Shown: positions 18,141 through 27,047 of the stretch, in pieces | Layout of the letters: each line of letters opens with the position of its first letter | How positions within the stretch are numbered: the stretch's first letter is position 1 | NCBI GenBank assembly: GCA_965220155.1 | Contig: OZ244810.1 | Coordinates: 3,553,302 to 3,617,301, forward strand | DNA: 64,000 nt | Direction of reading: 5' to 3' | From: Dehalococcoidia bacterium | Lineage (GTDB): Bacteria; Chloroflexota; Dehalococcoidia; SHYB01 | Made by a program: the position numbers and the translations under genes | The notes under the pieces: model-generated | Told to the model about the DNA's origin: nothing | Database searches by the model: none | What the model saw: the letters and a program-made list of their open reading frames with translations, nothing else

Positions 18141-19403
18141 TTAGTCCTCGTAGCGCGCTATCAGGGCTTCCATTAGAGACGGCAGGTCGTGGGCATCACC
18201 GGGGGGGCCAGGTAGCCTGACCTGGCCATGCTTCCGGCTCGGAAGCAAAATCGAAGCCGTCGCGGGGCACGTCACCTCGCCGCGCTGGTTCTCTCCCCAG
18301 AGGTCGAGATCGATCGCGGGCCGGTCTCCCTCGGCAACATACTTCTTCGTGATGTTCCCGCGCATCCAGTGGGTATCGCCCAGGTAGTTGAAGCGCCGCA
18401 TCTGGCAGTCGATCTTCCAGAGCCATGCGTCGTCGCCCATCCAATCGGTGCAGAGGTGGATCAGCCAGTTCTCGCGCATGACCCCGTAGTCGTAGGCGTA
18501 GGGGCTCCCCACCGACTGGGCCCACGAGTCGTCCCAGTGGCAGCGTTGGGAGACATCCGGCACGTTAAGGTCCGTGGGGATGTAGAAGCGCGGGATTCGC
18601 TGGCGGTTCTTGTAACCCAATCGCAGCGGAGCGACTCCGTAGATCCCCATGCCGCAGCCGATGTGCCAGCAGATGATGTCCGTTACCGTCAGGGGCCCCT
18701 TCACCAGCGGCCCGATTTCGTCCCCCTCGTTGACATCTTCCCAATAACGCGACTCAGCCCCTCGAGGCTTCTCCGCCTGGTACTGGGCGTCGATGGCCTC
18801 CAGCTCCTCTGGGGCATAGGGCTGCAGCTCGGTCGCTTTGTACTTGCCCCGTTCCGCGGCCTTCTGCCGCTCTGTCCGGATCATGGTCCGGATGCGTGAC
18901 CCGAGGAGCGTTCCATCGCCGTCACGAAAACCGTGGGCGTTGTGCTCCACCACCGAGATGCCCCCAAACTCGCTTCGCTTCTTCAGGATTCCGACGAAGG
19001 CATTGCGACTAAGAACCTCCCGGCCAGCGCGCATGGGCGCATACCACTCGCGGATCGTGCCCGCGCGAAAGGCATGGACTCCCCGGAGCGGGTCCCCCCT
19101 CATCAATTCGCGGTGCTCCGGGGCAACTTCCTGTACTTCGTTGACGCCGGTTGTGACATCGCCCCCGAGCATGCCGGGCGGAGCGATCATGCCTCCCCAA
19201 CGGGTACCCGCGGCGTACTCCTCGTCCCACCAGAGAGGGTTGTCGTCGCCGTAGCCGTAGGCCCAGTGGCGCATCGAGTCCGCGTCCGGGCGAAGGAGGA
19301 ACGGTTGTACCGGGTCAGGCATGGGGACGCCGATCCGCTCGCGAAGACGGGCGATGGCTTCCTCGGTGATCTGCGCCTCGACGTGGCTGCCGGTGGTTGT
19401 CAT
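18141..19403 (-). CDS. Double hot-dog fold MaoC-like acyl dehydratase/hydratase
   Basis: 420 aa. The N-terminal half (ITEEAIARLRERIG...MRHWAYGYGDDNPLWWDEEYA...IAPPGML) resembles the MaoC N-terminal dehydratase domain. The C-terminal half is a MaoC-like hot-dog (YDYGVMRENWLIHLCTDWMG...). Confidence 0.6.
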   Translation of the reverse strand: MTTTGSHVEAQITEEAIARLRERIGVPMPDPVQPFLLRPDADSMRHWAYGYGDDNPLWWDEEYAAGTRWGGMIAPPGMLGGDVTTGVNEVQEVAPEHRELMRGDPLRGVHAFRAGTIREWYAPMRAGREVLSRNAFVGILKKRSEFGGISVVEHNAHGFRDGDGTLLGSRIRTMIRTERQKAAERGKYKATELQPYAPEELEAIDAQYQAEKPRGAESRYWEDVNEGDEIGPLVKGPLTVTDIICWHIGCGMGIYGVAPLRLGYKNRQRIPRFYIPTDLNVPDVSQRCHWDDSWAQSVGSPYAYDYGVMRENWLIHLCTDWMGDDAWLWKIDCQMRRFNYLGDTHWMRGNITKKYVAEGDRPAIDLDLWGENQRGEVTCPATASILLPSRKHGQVRLPGPPGDAHDLPSLMEALIARYED

Positions 19404-19513
19404 GGTTGATGCCTCAGTTCGCCAAGATCAGAACAGATTCTACACAATCTCCGATGCCGGCAGGACGCGAACGTTTCAGGGCTCGGCTGCCGGTTCCCGC
19501 TCCCGGATCGTCC

Positions 19514-20311
19514 TCATCTCGCGGATGGGAAGTCAGGCTCGCGGCGCTCCTTCAGGGCAGCGATGCCCTCCTTGATGTCGGGGCCCATGAACCCGAGCAT
19601 CTCCAGCGCAATCGAGTAGTCGAAGGAAGAATGGGCGGCCATGCGCAGCCACTGGTTGAGAGACTGCTTCGTCCAGCGGATGGCCTGGACCGAGCCCTTC
19701 GCCAGCCGTTCAGCCATTCCCATCGCGGTAGGCATCAGGTCGGCATGGGGAACGACCATGCTCACGAGCCCTATGCGCTCCGCCTCACGTCCGTCCAGGG
19801 TCTCGGCCATAAGCAGGTAATACTTGGCCTTGGCCATTCCCACGAGCAGGGGCCAGATAACCGCCGCATGGTCGCCGCATGCAACGCCCAGCAAGACGTG
19901 GCCATCGCGAAGCCTTGCCTCCTCCGAGGCGATGGTGATGTCCGCCATCAATGCGACAGCAAGACCGGCGCCGACAGCCCAGCCATTGATGGCGGAGATG
20001 ATCGGCTTGTCCAGGTTGATCATGTTGTGGACGATGTCCCGGGCCTCTTTCATCAAAGCAGCGACAGCGACCTGGTCCCCCGCGTGCGACTCCAAGTCCG
20101 CGTAGTCACCGCCGACCGAGAAGGCGCGGCCGGCCCCGGTGACCACGGCGACCTTCACCTCCTCGTCTTCGCCGATGTCCAGCCAGATGCGGGACATCTC
20201 GTAATGCATCCTGGCATTGGTGGCGTTCAGCTTGTCGGGCCGGTTGAGGGTAAGCAGCGCGACTCCATCGCGGCGGTCCACGAGGATGTGCTGGTACTTG
20301 CTATAGTCCAT
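19514..20311 (-). CDS. Enoyl-CoA hydratase/isomerase (crotonase) family protein
   Basis: Real start is ATG 20311 ([30 protein letters not shown]) with AAGGAG SD 8 nt upstream. [14 protein letters not shown] oxyanion-hole motif. The track ORF extends to 20653 through the repeat region. Confidence 0.9.
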   Translation of the reverse strand: MDYSKYQHILVDRRDGVALLTLNRPDKLNATNARMHYEMSRIWLDIGEDEEVKVAVVTGAGRAFSVGGDYADLESHAGDQVAVAALMKEARDIVHNMINLDKPIISAINGWAVGAGLAVALMADITIASEEARLRDGHVLLGVACGDHAAVIWPLLVGMAKAKYYLLMAETLDGREAERIGLVSMVVPHADLMPTAMGMAERLAKGSVQAIRWTKQSLNQWLRMAAHSSFDYSIALEMLGFMGPDIKEGIAALKERREPDFPSAR

Positions 20312-20394
20312 CGCTCTCGCTCCTTTGACTGGATTGCAGGCGGGCGCAAGGGGGGCGCCCGCAAGGGATTGTGGGCTATTATGGTCTGCCTTTG

Positions 20395-20576
20395 GACGGG
20401 GCAACAACTTGCCGGACGGCGGTTGCCACTGAAGGATACCTGGCCAAGCGGTACGGCCCGCTGGAAGCCAGACAGGGCAACGACTTGCCGGAGGGTGGTT
20501 GCCGCTGAAGGATACCTGGCCAAGCGGTACGGCCCGCTGGAGGCTAGACAGGGCAACGACTTGCCCGAGGGCGGTT
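20395..20576. repeat. Tandem direct repeat, 76-bp unit x 2.4 copies, in a divergent intergenic region
   Basis: Units start at 20395, 20471 and 20547 (partial). Unit 2: GACAGGGCAACGACTTGCCGGAGGGTGGTTGCCGCTGAAGGATACCTGGCCAAGCGGTACGGCCCGCTGGAGGCTA. Unit 1 differs at a few positions. Each unit carries GGCAA-CGAC-TTGCC and CCAAGCGG-N6-CCGCTGG hairpins. Confidence 0.9.
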
Positions 20577-20579
20577 TTT

Positions 20580-21284
20580 ATGCGCACCCGCGCAACCATC
20601 ACCTCCATCACACAAGAGACTCCGACGGTCCGATCCTTCAGACTCGGCCTCACCGATGCGTCGTTCAGTTTTCTCCCGGGCCAATGGGTGGACTGCTCCG
20701 CGCGAATCGGCGGCCACTGGGAGGTGGCCGGCTATTCGATGACCTCCTCCCCAACTACCAGGGGTTCCCTCGAGCTGGCGGTCAAGCTGGCGGGAGACAA
20801 CCCGGTCACACACTTCTTACACCGGGAAGCACGGATTGGCGACGAGCTCATGGTAGATGGGGGTCACGGAGACTTCTACTTCGACCGCGGCATGGGCGAC
20901 ACGCTGGTGCTGTGCGGGGGCGGCATCGGTTTGAACCCGCTCATGAGCATCCTGCGCTACATCGACGAGGTCTGTCCTGAGACGCGCGCCACCCTGCTCT
21001 ACAGCGCGAAGACGCCGGACGAGCTGCTCTTCCGGGCTCGCCTGGAGGCGATGGCGGAGGGAAACGAGAGGATTCAGTGTGTTTTCACGGTGACGGGCAG
21101 TAGGCCGGCGGCATGGAGAGGAAGGGTGGGGCGCATCGGTGCAGCGCTTATCGACGAAGTCAGCCGGGCAATGGAGGCGCTGCACTACATCTGTGGTCCC
21201 CCGGAAATGATCGATACCCTGGCCCCCGAGCTGGCCGGGCTGGGAATTCCCCGAGACCGAATCAAGTATGAGCGGTGGTGGTGA
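20580..21284 (+). CDS. Ferredoxin-NADP reductase-like FAD/NAD(P)-binding oxidoreductase
   Basis: MRTRATITSITQETPTVRSFRLGL...FLPGQWVD...AGYSMTS (FAD-binding), LVLCGGGIGLNPLMS (NAD-binding), HYICGPPEM. ATG 20580 follows GAGGG-N8. The track start (TTG 20499) lies inside the repeat. Confidence 0.8.
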   Translation: MRTRATITSITQETPTVRSFRLGLTDASFSFLPGQWVDCSARIGGHWEVAGYSMTSSPTTRGSLELAVKLAGDNPVTHFLHREARIGDELMVDGGHGDFYFDRGMGDTLVLCGGGIGLNPLMSILRYIDEVCPETRATLLYSAKTPDELLFRARLEAMAEGNERIQCVFTVTGSRPAAWRGRVGRIGAALIDEVSRAMEALHYICGPPEMIDTLAPELAGLGIPRDRIKYERWW

Positions 21285-21289
21285 CAAGC

Positions 21290-22096
21290 ATGGCGATGGA
21301 AACACAAGAGCTGGCGGCCACAGGTGTGATGCTCCCGGAAATCGGAACCGGCACATGGCGGTATCGAGGAGGAAAAGACCCGCTCTTGCGCGGCATCGAG
21401 GCCGGGGCGTTCCTTATCGATACCGCCGAGATCTACGGGAGCGAAGGGGATGTCGGGCAGGCGGTGCGCGGGAGACGCGATGAGGTCTTCATCGCCACCA
21501 AAGTTTCCGGGTCCCACCTTCGCTATGACCAAGTCCTGAGGGCAGCGGAGGGCAGCCTGCAACGGCTAGGAGTCGATGTGATCGATCTCTACCAGGTCCA
21601 CTGGCCGAATGGCTCAGTGCCCATCGAGGAAACGATGGGAGCCCTGGACAAGCTGGTAGACGATGGCAAGGTGCGGTACCTCGGGGTGAGCAACTTCTCC
21701 GTCCAGGAGCTGAAGGCAGCGCGCAGGGCCACCAAGCATTCCATCGTTTCCAACCAGGTCAAATACAGCCTGGCAGAGCGCAGGATCGAGAGGGACATGC
21801 TGGAGTACTGCCAGGCAGAGGGGATCACAGTCCTGGCGTTCAGCCCGCTCGATGAGGGCCATCTGTTGACGAAGCCGACCTTCGGAAGGAGCAAGGGGTT
21901 CGACACGCTTCGGCGTGTTGCGGGGGAGACGGGCAGGACTATCGCCCAGGTCGCCCTCAACTGGTGCCTGTCCCGCCCGAGGGTTATCCCGATCCCGAAA
22001 TCCAACTCAGGGGAACGGGTGGTGGAGAACTGCGAGGCATCCGGCTGGCGGCTCTCGGCGCCGCAGGTCGAGGAGCTCGACCGCGTGTATGGGTAA
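21290..22096 (+). CDS. Aldo/keto reductase
   Basis: LPEIGTGTWRY, IDTAEIYGSEGDVG, LGVDVIDLYQVHWP, YLGVSNF. First ATG after the upstream stop (21284); the track start is GTG 21275. Confidence 0.85.
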   Translation: MAMETQELAATGVMLPEIGTGTWRYRGGKDPLLRGIEAGAFLIDTAEIYGSEGDVGQAVRGRRDEVFIATKVSGSHLRYDQVLRAAEGSLQRLGVDVIDLYQVHWPNGSVPIEETMGALDKLVDDGKVRYLGVSNFSVQELKAARRATKHSIVSNQVKYSLAERRIERDMLEYCQAEGITVLAFSPLDEGHLLTKPTFGRSKGFDTLRRVAGETGRTIAQVALNWCLSRPRVIPIPKSNSGERVVENCEASGWRLSAPQVEELDRVYG

Positions 22097-22216
22097 GTAG
22101 GGGGAACGGGCTCTGCGCTCCCGCGGAGGCCGTCCTGGAGGGAGCCATTCGCGCAGCTCCCGCGTACGGTGAACCAGCCGCGACCCCCGCAGCCCCTCCC
22201 AAGGAGCATCGCACCT

Positions 22217-22552
22217 TCACGCGTAAGGGCCCAGGTACATTCCTCCCAGGATGTGGATGTGGCCATGTCCCTGGCTCTGCATGGCGTCTCGACCGAAGTT
22301 CGAGACCAGCCGAAAACCGTCGGGACAGTGCTCCTCGCCGATACTCAGCGCGACCGCGCCGACCTTGGCCATGTCCGCCCACAGCTCTTCTTGCGTCAGG
22401 TGCTTCTTGGGCATCGCCAGCATCATCACCGGCGTCCAACGCATGCGATTGTCGATAACGATGACATCGTCATCCTCGTAGCGGATCGTCCCGGGCTCAT
22501 GGCCGAGGATAATCGCGCAGAAGATGCACGAGTGCTGCTGGGACGAGCTCAT
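22217..22552 (-). CDS. HIT (histidine triad) family protein
   Basis: MSSSQQHSCIFCAIILGHEPG...VIVIDN...SQGHGHIHILGG (HxHxHxx). Real start is ATG 22552; the upstream part of track ORF 22217..22756 overlaps the previous gene. Confidence 0.85.
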   Translation of the reverse strand: MSSSQQHSCIFCAIILGHEPGTIRYEDDDVIVIDNRMRWTPVMMLAMPKKHLTQEELWADMAKVGAVALSIGEEHCPDGFRLVSNFGRDAMQSQGHGHIHILGGMYLGPYA

Positions 22553-22649
22553 GCGGGCAGTAACCTCGTCTTGACCTACCCTAAAGGGGCGTCGATCATC
22601 GATCCCGCGCGTCGCCTGCGAGGGCCCGAACAATACATGGGACCCCGGA

Positions 22650-24080
22650 CTATGCGCTGGAGCTCTTCGGCCGCCCACGGCCCTTGGGACGCTCCTGAGG
22701 GAAGCTCCGAGGACGGTGGATGACCCCGGTCCTGTAGTCTGGGGCCCTGATTTCATAGACGACGCTCAGGCTTGAATCATTCATTCTGGACCAGATCCTT
22801 GGGTCCATCTGCTCAGGTTCGACGCTGGAGGTGACCACGGTCGGGAGCCGGGTAAGATACCGGTAGTTCAGCATCTGGTACAGCTTCTCCCTGCTCCACG
22901 GCGTGTCGCTCTGCTCGCTGAAGTCGTCCAGTATCAGCACGCCGACCCGCTTCACGCGGTCGAACACCTCGTACGCCGGGTCGCCTTCAGGCTGAAACCC
23001 CGCGCGGAGCTTGTCCAGCAAGTCCGGGACCTGGGTGAAAAGCACTTCCCGACAGACGCTGCGGTGATGGTGGGCGATGGAAGCCGCGAGATGGGTCTTC
23101 CCACACCCGTAGCCCCCAACGAACACCAGCCACCCATCAGGGTCCTCCGCGAAGCTCTTCGCCAGTCCCCACGCTTCCCGGAGGCCCTCCGCCATCGGGC
23201 CGACCATCCTCCCGCTGGGATTGAACGTTTCGAAGGTCATGTGGGAAACCTCGGGAAGGTCGAGCGTATCGAGCGAGGAAGAGGTCTTCGCTGAGATGCT
23301 GCCCATCTCCACTGCCCGCACCAGTGAGGGGTCCTGAAGCCGGGGACGCAAGCGGTCATCCATCGTCTCGAGTGGAGCGCTGATCGTCAGGACAGTGGGC
23401 ATCCGGGAGTGGTACCGATGCCCGAGAAGCTGGGAAAGCTTCTCCTGGGCCCAAGGTGTCGCACTCTGGTACCCAAGGTCGTCGAGAACCAGCAGAGGCA
23501 CGTTACGCACACGGTCGAACAGCTCATCGTAGGGGAGAGCGCTGGACGGGGCATAGGCCGAACGGAGATGGTCCAGCAGGTCCGCAACGCTGATGAAGAA
23601 GACGACACGGCCTCGACGGATGCACTCTGCCGCGACGGCTGCAGCGAGCCTTGTCTTCCCGCTTCCACCAGGCCCAAGCACCATGAGCCATCCCTCCGGG
23701 TTGGCGGCATATGCTTCAGCGGTCTCTACGGCGTAGGCCGACCGGGTACTGGACGCCTGCTCCATGGCGCCCGCGTCGGGTCGGAGCTCATCGAAGGTGG
23801 TCCCTGCCAGCGTTTCGTTGAGGTTGCTCATCCGCAACAGGCGGGACATCCTGCCCTCGTCGAACCGGCGCCGCCGGCAGTCGCAGGCGACTAGCTGGCC
23901 GAACTCAGGGTCGTCTATCCCGGCGTCCGTCCGGAGCCATCCAATGTCGTCGCATTGAGAGCACTCCGGCGATGGCCCCCGTTCAGCCGCGGGGCTTCCT
24001 CCGGACAAGGTAGCCGCTGCGACCTCGCGCGGCTGGGGCCTCTGGCCTAGGTCCTTGATGATCTCGCCTATGCTGTCCAT
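22650..24080 (-). CDS. Tandem-duplicated DnaC/DnaI-type AAA+ helicase loader (two complete ATPase modules in one polypeptide)
   Basis: N-terminal Cys cluster CSQCDDIGW...VACDC. Module 1: TFDEL...GPGGSGKT...LLVLDDLG...TVLTIS...RLRPRL. Module 2: TFETF...GGYGCGKT...VLILDDF...TVVTSS...RIWSRM. Start placed at ATG 24080 (GAAGGGAAG SD); the alternative is ATG 24116. Confidence 0.8.
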   Translation of the reverse strand: MDSIGEIIKDLGQRPQPREVAAATLSGGSPAAERGPSPECSQCDDIGWLRTDAGIDDPEFGQLVACDCRRRRFDEGRMSRLLRMSNLNETLAGTTFDELRPDAGAMEQASSTRSAYAVETAEAYAANPEGWLMVLGPGGSGKTRLAAAVAAECIRRGRVVFFISVADLLDHLRSAYAPSSALPYDELFDRVRNVPLLVLDDLGYQSATPWAQEKLSQLLGHRYHSRMPTVLTISAPLETMDDRLRPRLQDPSLVRAVEMGSISAKTSSSLDTLDLPEVSHMTFETFNPSGRMVGPMAEGLREAWGLAKSFAEDPDGWLVFVGGYGCGKTHLAASIAHHHRSVCREVLFTQVPDLLDKLRAGFQPEGDPAYEVFDRVKRVGVLILDDFSEQSDTPWSREKLYQMLNYRYLTRLPTVVTSSVEPEQMDPRIWSRMNDSSLSVVYEIRAPDYRTGVIHRPRSFPQERPKGRGRPKSSSA

Positions 24081-24711
24081 CGGGCTTCCCTTCGGCTTTC
24101 CATGCTTCGAGGACACGCTGGACGTAGCGCCAGCGCCTGCGGTTGCGTGCTACGGCCTCTCGAAAGGCATCGACGATCCAGGGGAAGGGGTATTGATCCT
24201 CCGCCTCCCGAAGCTCCTCTGCCACCAGCGGCGTCAGCAGTCCGATATTCTCCTCATACAGTCCGTAAATGTTGCGATGCTCCGGTGGCTCCGGCATTGC
24301 CCCAACCTGCGGCATTGCCCCCAGTTCGACCTCCCCGGCCTGCACCCTTGCGATCGCCCTTCTATCCGTATCGGTGTTGGGAAAGTACAGGTGCTCCGTG
24401 GAGGTCTCAGACTCGAGTCCGAGATGGACAAAGGTGCCCCTGTCCAGCGCCCGCTCCAGCCCTTGCTTAAGCCCCTTTGACGGGTCCTCACCCCCGAGAG
24501 CCAGGCCCGACATCAAATCGAGGTCGCCCGCAAGCTCTTTGAGGGTCACGAATCTGGGGTACCCTTTCTTCCAATGGAGTTTCCAGAATAGGTGCAGCGT
24601 TACCTTGGCCTCCGCGAGATTGTCGATCATCGGCAATACCGCGGTGAAGAAAAGGTTGGGAATGGGTGTCTGCCTCCCGGACTTGCTGGGGAATCCTCGG
24701 AATTCCGGCAT
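23983..24711 (-). CDS. DnaD-domain replication initiation/helicase-loading protein
   Basis: 242 aa. The C-terminal part, IYGLYEENIGLLTPLVAEELREAEDQYPFPWIVDAFREAVARNRRRWRYVQRVLEAWKAEG, fits the DnaD/DnaB_2 repeat pattern. Starts 3 nt after the dnaB stop. The Arg-rich tail overlaps the next gene. Confidence 0.65.
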   Translation of the reverse strand: MPEFRGFPSKSGRQTPIPNLFFTAVLPMIDNLAEAKVTLHLFWKLHWKKGYPRFVTLKELAGDLDLMSGLALGGEDPSKGLKQGLERALDRGTFVHLGLESETSTEHLYFPNTDTDRRAIARVQAGEVELGAMPQVGAMPEPPEHRNIYGLYEENIGLLTPLVAEELREAEDQYPFPWIVDAFREAVARNRRRWRYVQRVLEAWKAEGKPDGQHRRDHQGPRPEAPAARGRSGYLVRRKPRG

Positions 24712-24714
24712 GAG

Positions 24715-26106
24715 CTACCGCGCGGCCACCAGGGCATTCTTGAAACTCGTTGTCCTCTGGTCGAAGTAAAGCTGCACGCTCCCTATAGGACCATGGCGGT
24801 GCTTGGAGACGATGATCTCCGCCATCCCCTGAGGATAGGGCCGGTCGGGGAAGGTCTTCTCCCAATCCTCCTCGCTGTAGAGCATATCCTCACGGTGGAT
24901 GAAGGCCACGATATCGGCATCCTGCTCAATACTGCCGCTCTCCCGGAGGTCCGATAGCTGGGGCCGACGGTTAGGGCGGTGCTCGACGGCCCTGCTGAGC
25001 TGAGAGAGCGCCAGCACCGGGACATCGAGGTCCCGAGCAAGCCCCTTGAGGGACCGGGAAATTTCGCTGACCTCCTGGACTCGATTGTTGGAGGAGAAGT
25101 TCGAGTCCGCACGCATGAGCTGGAGATAGTCGACGATGATCATGTCGAGTCCGCGTTCCAGGTTCAGCCTGCGGGCCTTGCTCCGCATCTCCACAACGTT
25201 GGCCAGAGGGGTGTCGTCTATCCAGACTGGGAGCTCCGAGAGCTGCCCCAGTGCGGACATCAGCGATGCTTCTTCGGCGCCCGAGTCCTGGCCCAGACGG
25301 AACTGACGCAACCGGTAGGTGTCGATCTTGGAGATGCCGGAGATCAGCCGGTCAGCCAGCTGCTCTTTGCCCATTTCCAGGCTGAAAACGGCCACGTGAG
25401 CCCCGCCGATCTTGGCCGCGTTGTAGGCCATGTTCAACGCCAGGGCACTCTTTCCCAGGCTCGGGCGCGCCGCGAGAATCACCAGGTCGGAGCGCTGCAG
25501 CCCGCCCAGGAGTTTGTCCAGGTCAAAAAACCCGGTTGGGATGAATGTTGGGGCATCCTCTCGGACCCCGGGGGCCCGGCGACGTTCCTCCAGGTACTGG
25601 TCCAGGATGTCCGCGAGTTTGACGAAATCGCGGCCTTCATCCCCAAGGCGGAGCTGGTAGAGGAGGTCCTCCGCCTGCTTGAGGGCGTAGTCAACGTCGG
25701 GCCCGGCCTGGTACCCGATATTCGCGATATCGTCGGCCGCGCCGATGAGCCGCCGCATGACGGCAGTCCGGCGGACGATGCGGGCGTAGTGCTCAATGTG
25801 GGCAGAGGTCGGAACCTTGGCAACCAAGGCGCCCAAATACACCGCACCGCCTGCCGATTCCAGCAACCCCCGAGTCCCCAGGTCGTGGGCGACGGTTACC
25901 TGGTTGACAGCCTCATCGCGCTCGAAGAGCGCCTTGCACGACTCGAAACAAGCCCTCGTGCGCTCGAAAGCGAAGTCGTTGGCGCCCAGGCTCGAGGCTA
26001 TCGCCGTTATGGACGCGCCATCGATGAGAAGAGAGCCGATGACGGCCTCTTCCGCCTCCAGGTCCTGGGGCGGAAGCCTGTCGTTGTACACCAGCCACCT
26101 CCGCAA
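24715..26106 (-). CDS. dnaB: Replicative DNA helicase
   Basis: 463 aa. PPQDLEAEEAVIGSLLIDG, Walker A ARPSLGKSALALN, IIVDYLQLM, SQLSRAVEHR, LRESGSIEQDAD. TTG start at 26106 (GTG 26091 is possible). Confidence 0.95.
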   Translation of the reverse strand: MRRWLVYNDRLPPQDLEAEEAVIGSLLIDGASITAIASSLGANDFAFERTRACFESCKALFERDEAVNQVTVAHDLGTRGLLESAGGAVYLGALVAKVPTSAHIEHYARIVRRTAVMRRLIGAADDIANIGYQAGPDVDYALKQAEDLLYQLRLGDEGRDFVKLADILDQYLEERRRAPGVREDAPTFIPTGFFDLDKLLGGLQRSDLVILAARPSLGKSALALNMAYNAAKIGGAHVAVFSLEMGKEQLADRLISGISKIDTYRLRQFRLGQDSGAEEASLMSALGQLSELPVWIDDTPLANVVEMRSKARRLNLERGLDMIIVDYLQLMRADSNFSSNNRVQEVSEISRSLKGLARDLDVPVLALSQLSRAVEHRPNRRPQLSDLRESGSIEQDADIVAFIHREDMLYSEEDWEKTFPDRPYPQGMAEIIVSKHRHGPIGSVQLYFDQRTTSFKNALVAAR

Positions 26107-26229
26107 CTGGGGTCCCGTCAGACACGATTGCTGCGGGGGACGGTATCACCGGAGTCCCAGCCGCGGAGCGCACCGGCATCTGCGGGCCTATGGAGAGCGC
26201 TGCCCTGGACCCCTTCTGGGGCTGCCAGC

Positions 26230-26865
26230 CTACGAAGCCGGGTCGTCGGTCTCCTCGGCTTCGCTGCGGTCGCCTTCCGCGTCGTCCGAGGGATCCGTCC
26301 CCTCGCCGGTATCGTCGTCAGGCAGACCTTCGTCCTCCAGGACTGGAGCCGCGTCGAGCTCACCCTCCGCTGCGGCCTGGGCCGTCTCCACCACTGCTGC
26401 CTCCGCACCAGGCGCGGGACGCCCGGGCGCCGTCACAACCACCGTGATCTTCGGCTCGATGCCGGTGTAGAGCTTCACCGGGACCTCATATGAGCCGAGC
26501 TGCCGGATCGGGTCCATGACCACCCTCCTCCGGTCTATGTCTCGCTCGACGATCCTCGAAAGCTCCTCGGCTACCGTGACGTTGGTTATCGAGCCATAGA
26601 GCCGGTCGTTGCGCCCAGCTCTACCCTCGATCACGACGGTAACATCGTTCAATCTTTCGCCCAAGGATGTCATCTGGGTTTCGGTGGCCTCCCGCCTTCG
26701 CGCCGCGGCGGTCCGAAGCCCATTGACACGGTTCATCTGGTCGGAAGTCGCCAGGACCGCCAGCTTCCTCGGCAGCAGAAAGTTCCTCGCAAATCCCGAT
26801 TTGACTTCTTTGATATCTCCGGCGTAGGCCGTCCCCTGGACGTCCTCGATGAACAGCACCTTCAT
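26230..26865 (-). CDS. rplI: 50S ribosomal protein L9 with a ~65-aa acidic C-terminal extension
   Basis: MKVLFIEDVQGTAYAGDIKEVKSGFARNFLLPRKLAV is the canonical L9 N-domain. The body is about 146 aa, followed by the tail GRPAPGAEAAVVETAQAAAEGELDAAPVLEDEGLPDDDTGEGTDPSDDAEGDRSEAEETDDPAS. Confidence 0.9.
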   Translation of the reverse strand: MKVLFIEDVQGTAYAGDIKEVKSGFARNFLLPRKLAVLATSDQMNRVNGLRTAAARRREATETQMTSLGERLNDVTVVIEGRAGRNDRLYGSITNVTVAEELSRIVERDIDRRRVVMDPIRQLGSYEVPVKLYTGIEPKITVVVTAPGRPAPGAEAAVVETAQAAAEGELDAAPVLEDEGLPDDDTGEGTDPSDDAEGDRSEAEETDDPAS

Positions 26866-26912
26866 GAAATAACGTTCCCCATCCGCTAGACTGGGTTCGA
26901 AAACTGAGCCCT

Positions 26913-26942
26913 ATTATATCGGCCCTTGCGGAGGCCGAACAA
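26913..26942 (-). promoter_or_regulatory. Candidate sigma70-type promoter for rplI-dnaB
   Basis: Minus strand reads TTGTTC (26942..26937)-N18-TATAAT (26918..26913), about 47 nt upstream of ATG 26865. Consensus match only. Confidence 0.4.
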
Positions 26943-27047
26943 GGCTTTGGGCGAACTCACATGGCCATTGGTCGCGGCTTGAGGACCGCACGAGCCCGCG
27001 CCCCCGGTTCTCCCGCGGAGAACACCCGGCCCCGGCCAGGAGAGGTG

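Noticed and set aside
20395-20576. 76-bp repeats as a CRISPR array
   Set aside because: The units are directly adjacent with no spacers. There are only 2.4 copies, the unit is far longer than a CRISPR repeat, and no cas genes are present.
19397-20980. 527-aa + strand ORF
   Set aside because: It is antisense to the crotonase gene and then runs through the 76-bp repeats and out of frame into the FNR-like gene. It has no recognisable motifs.
24979-26493. 504-aa + strand ORF
   Set aside because: It is antisense to dnaB and rplI.
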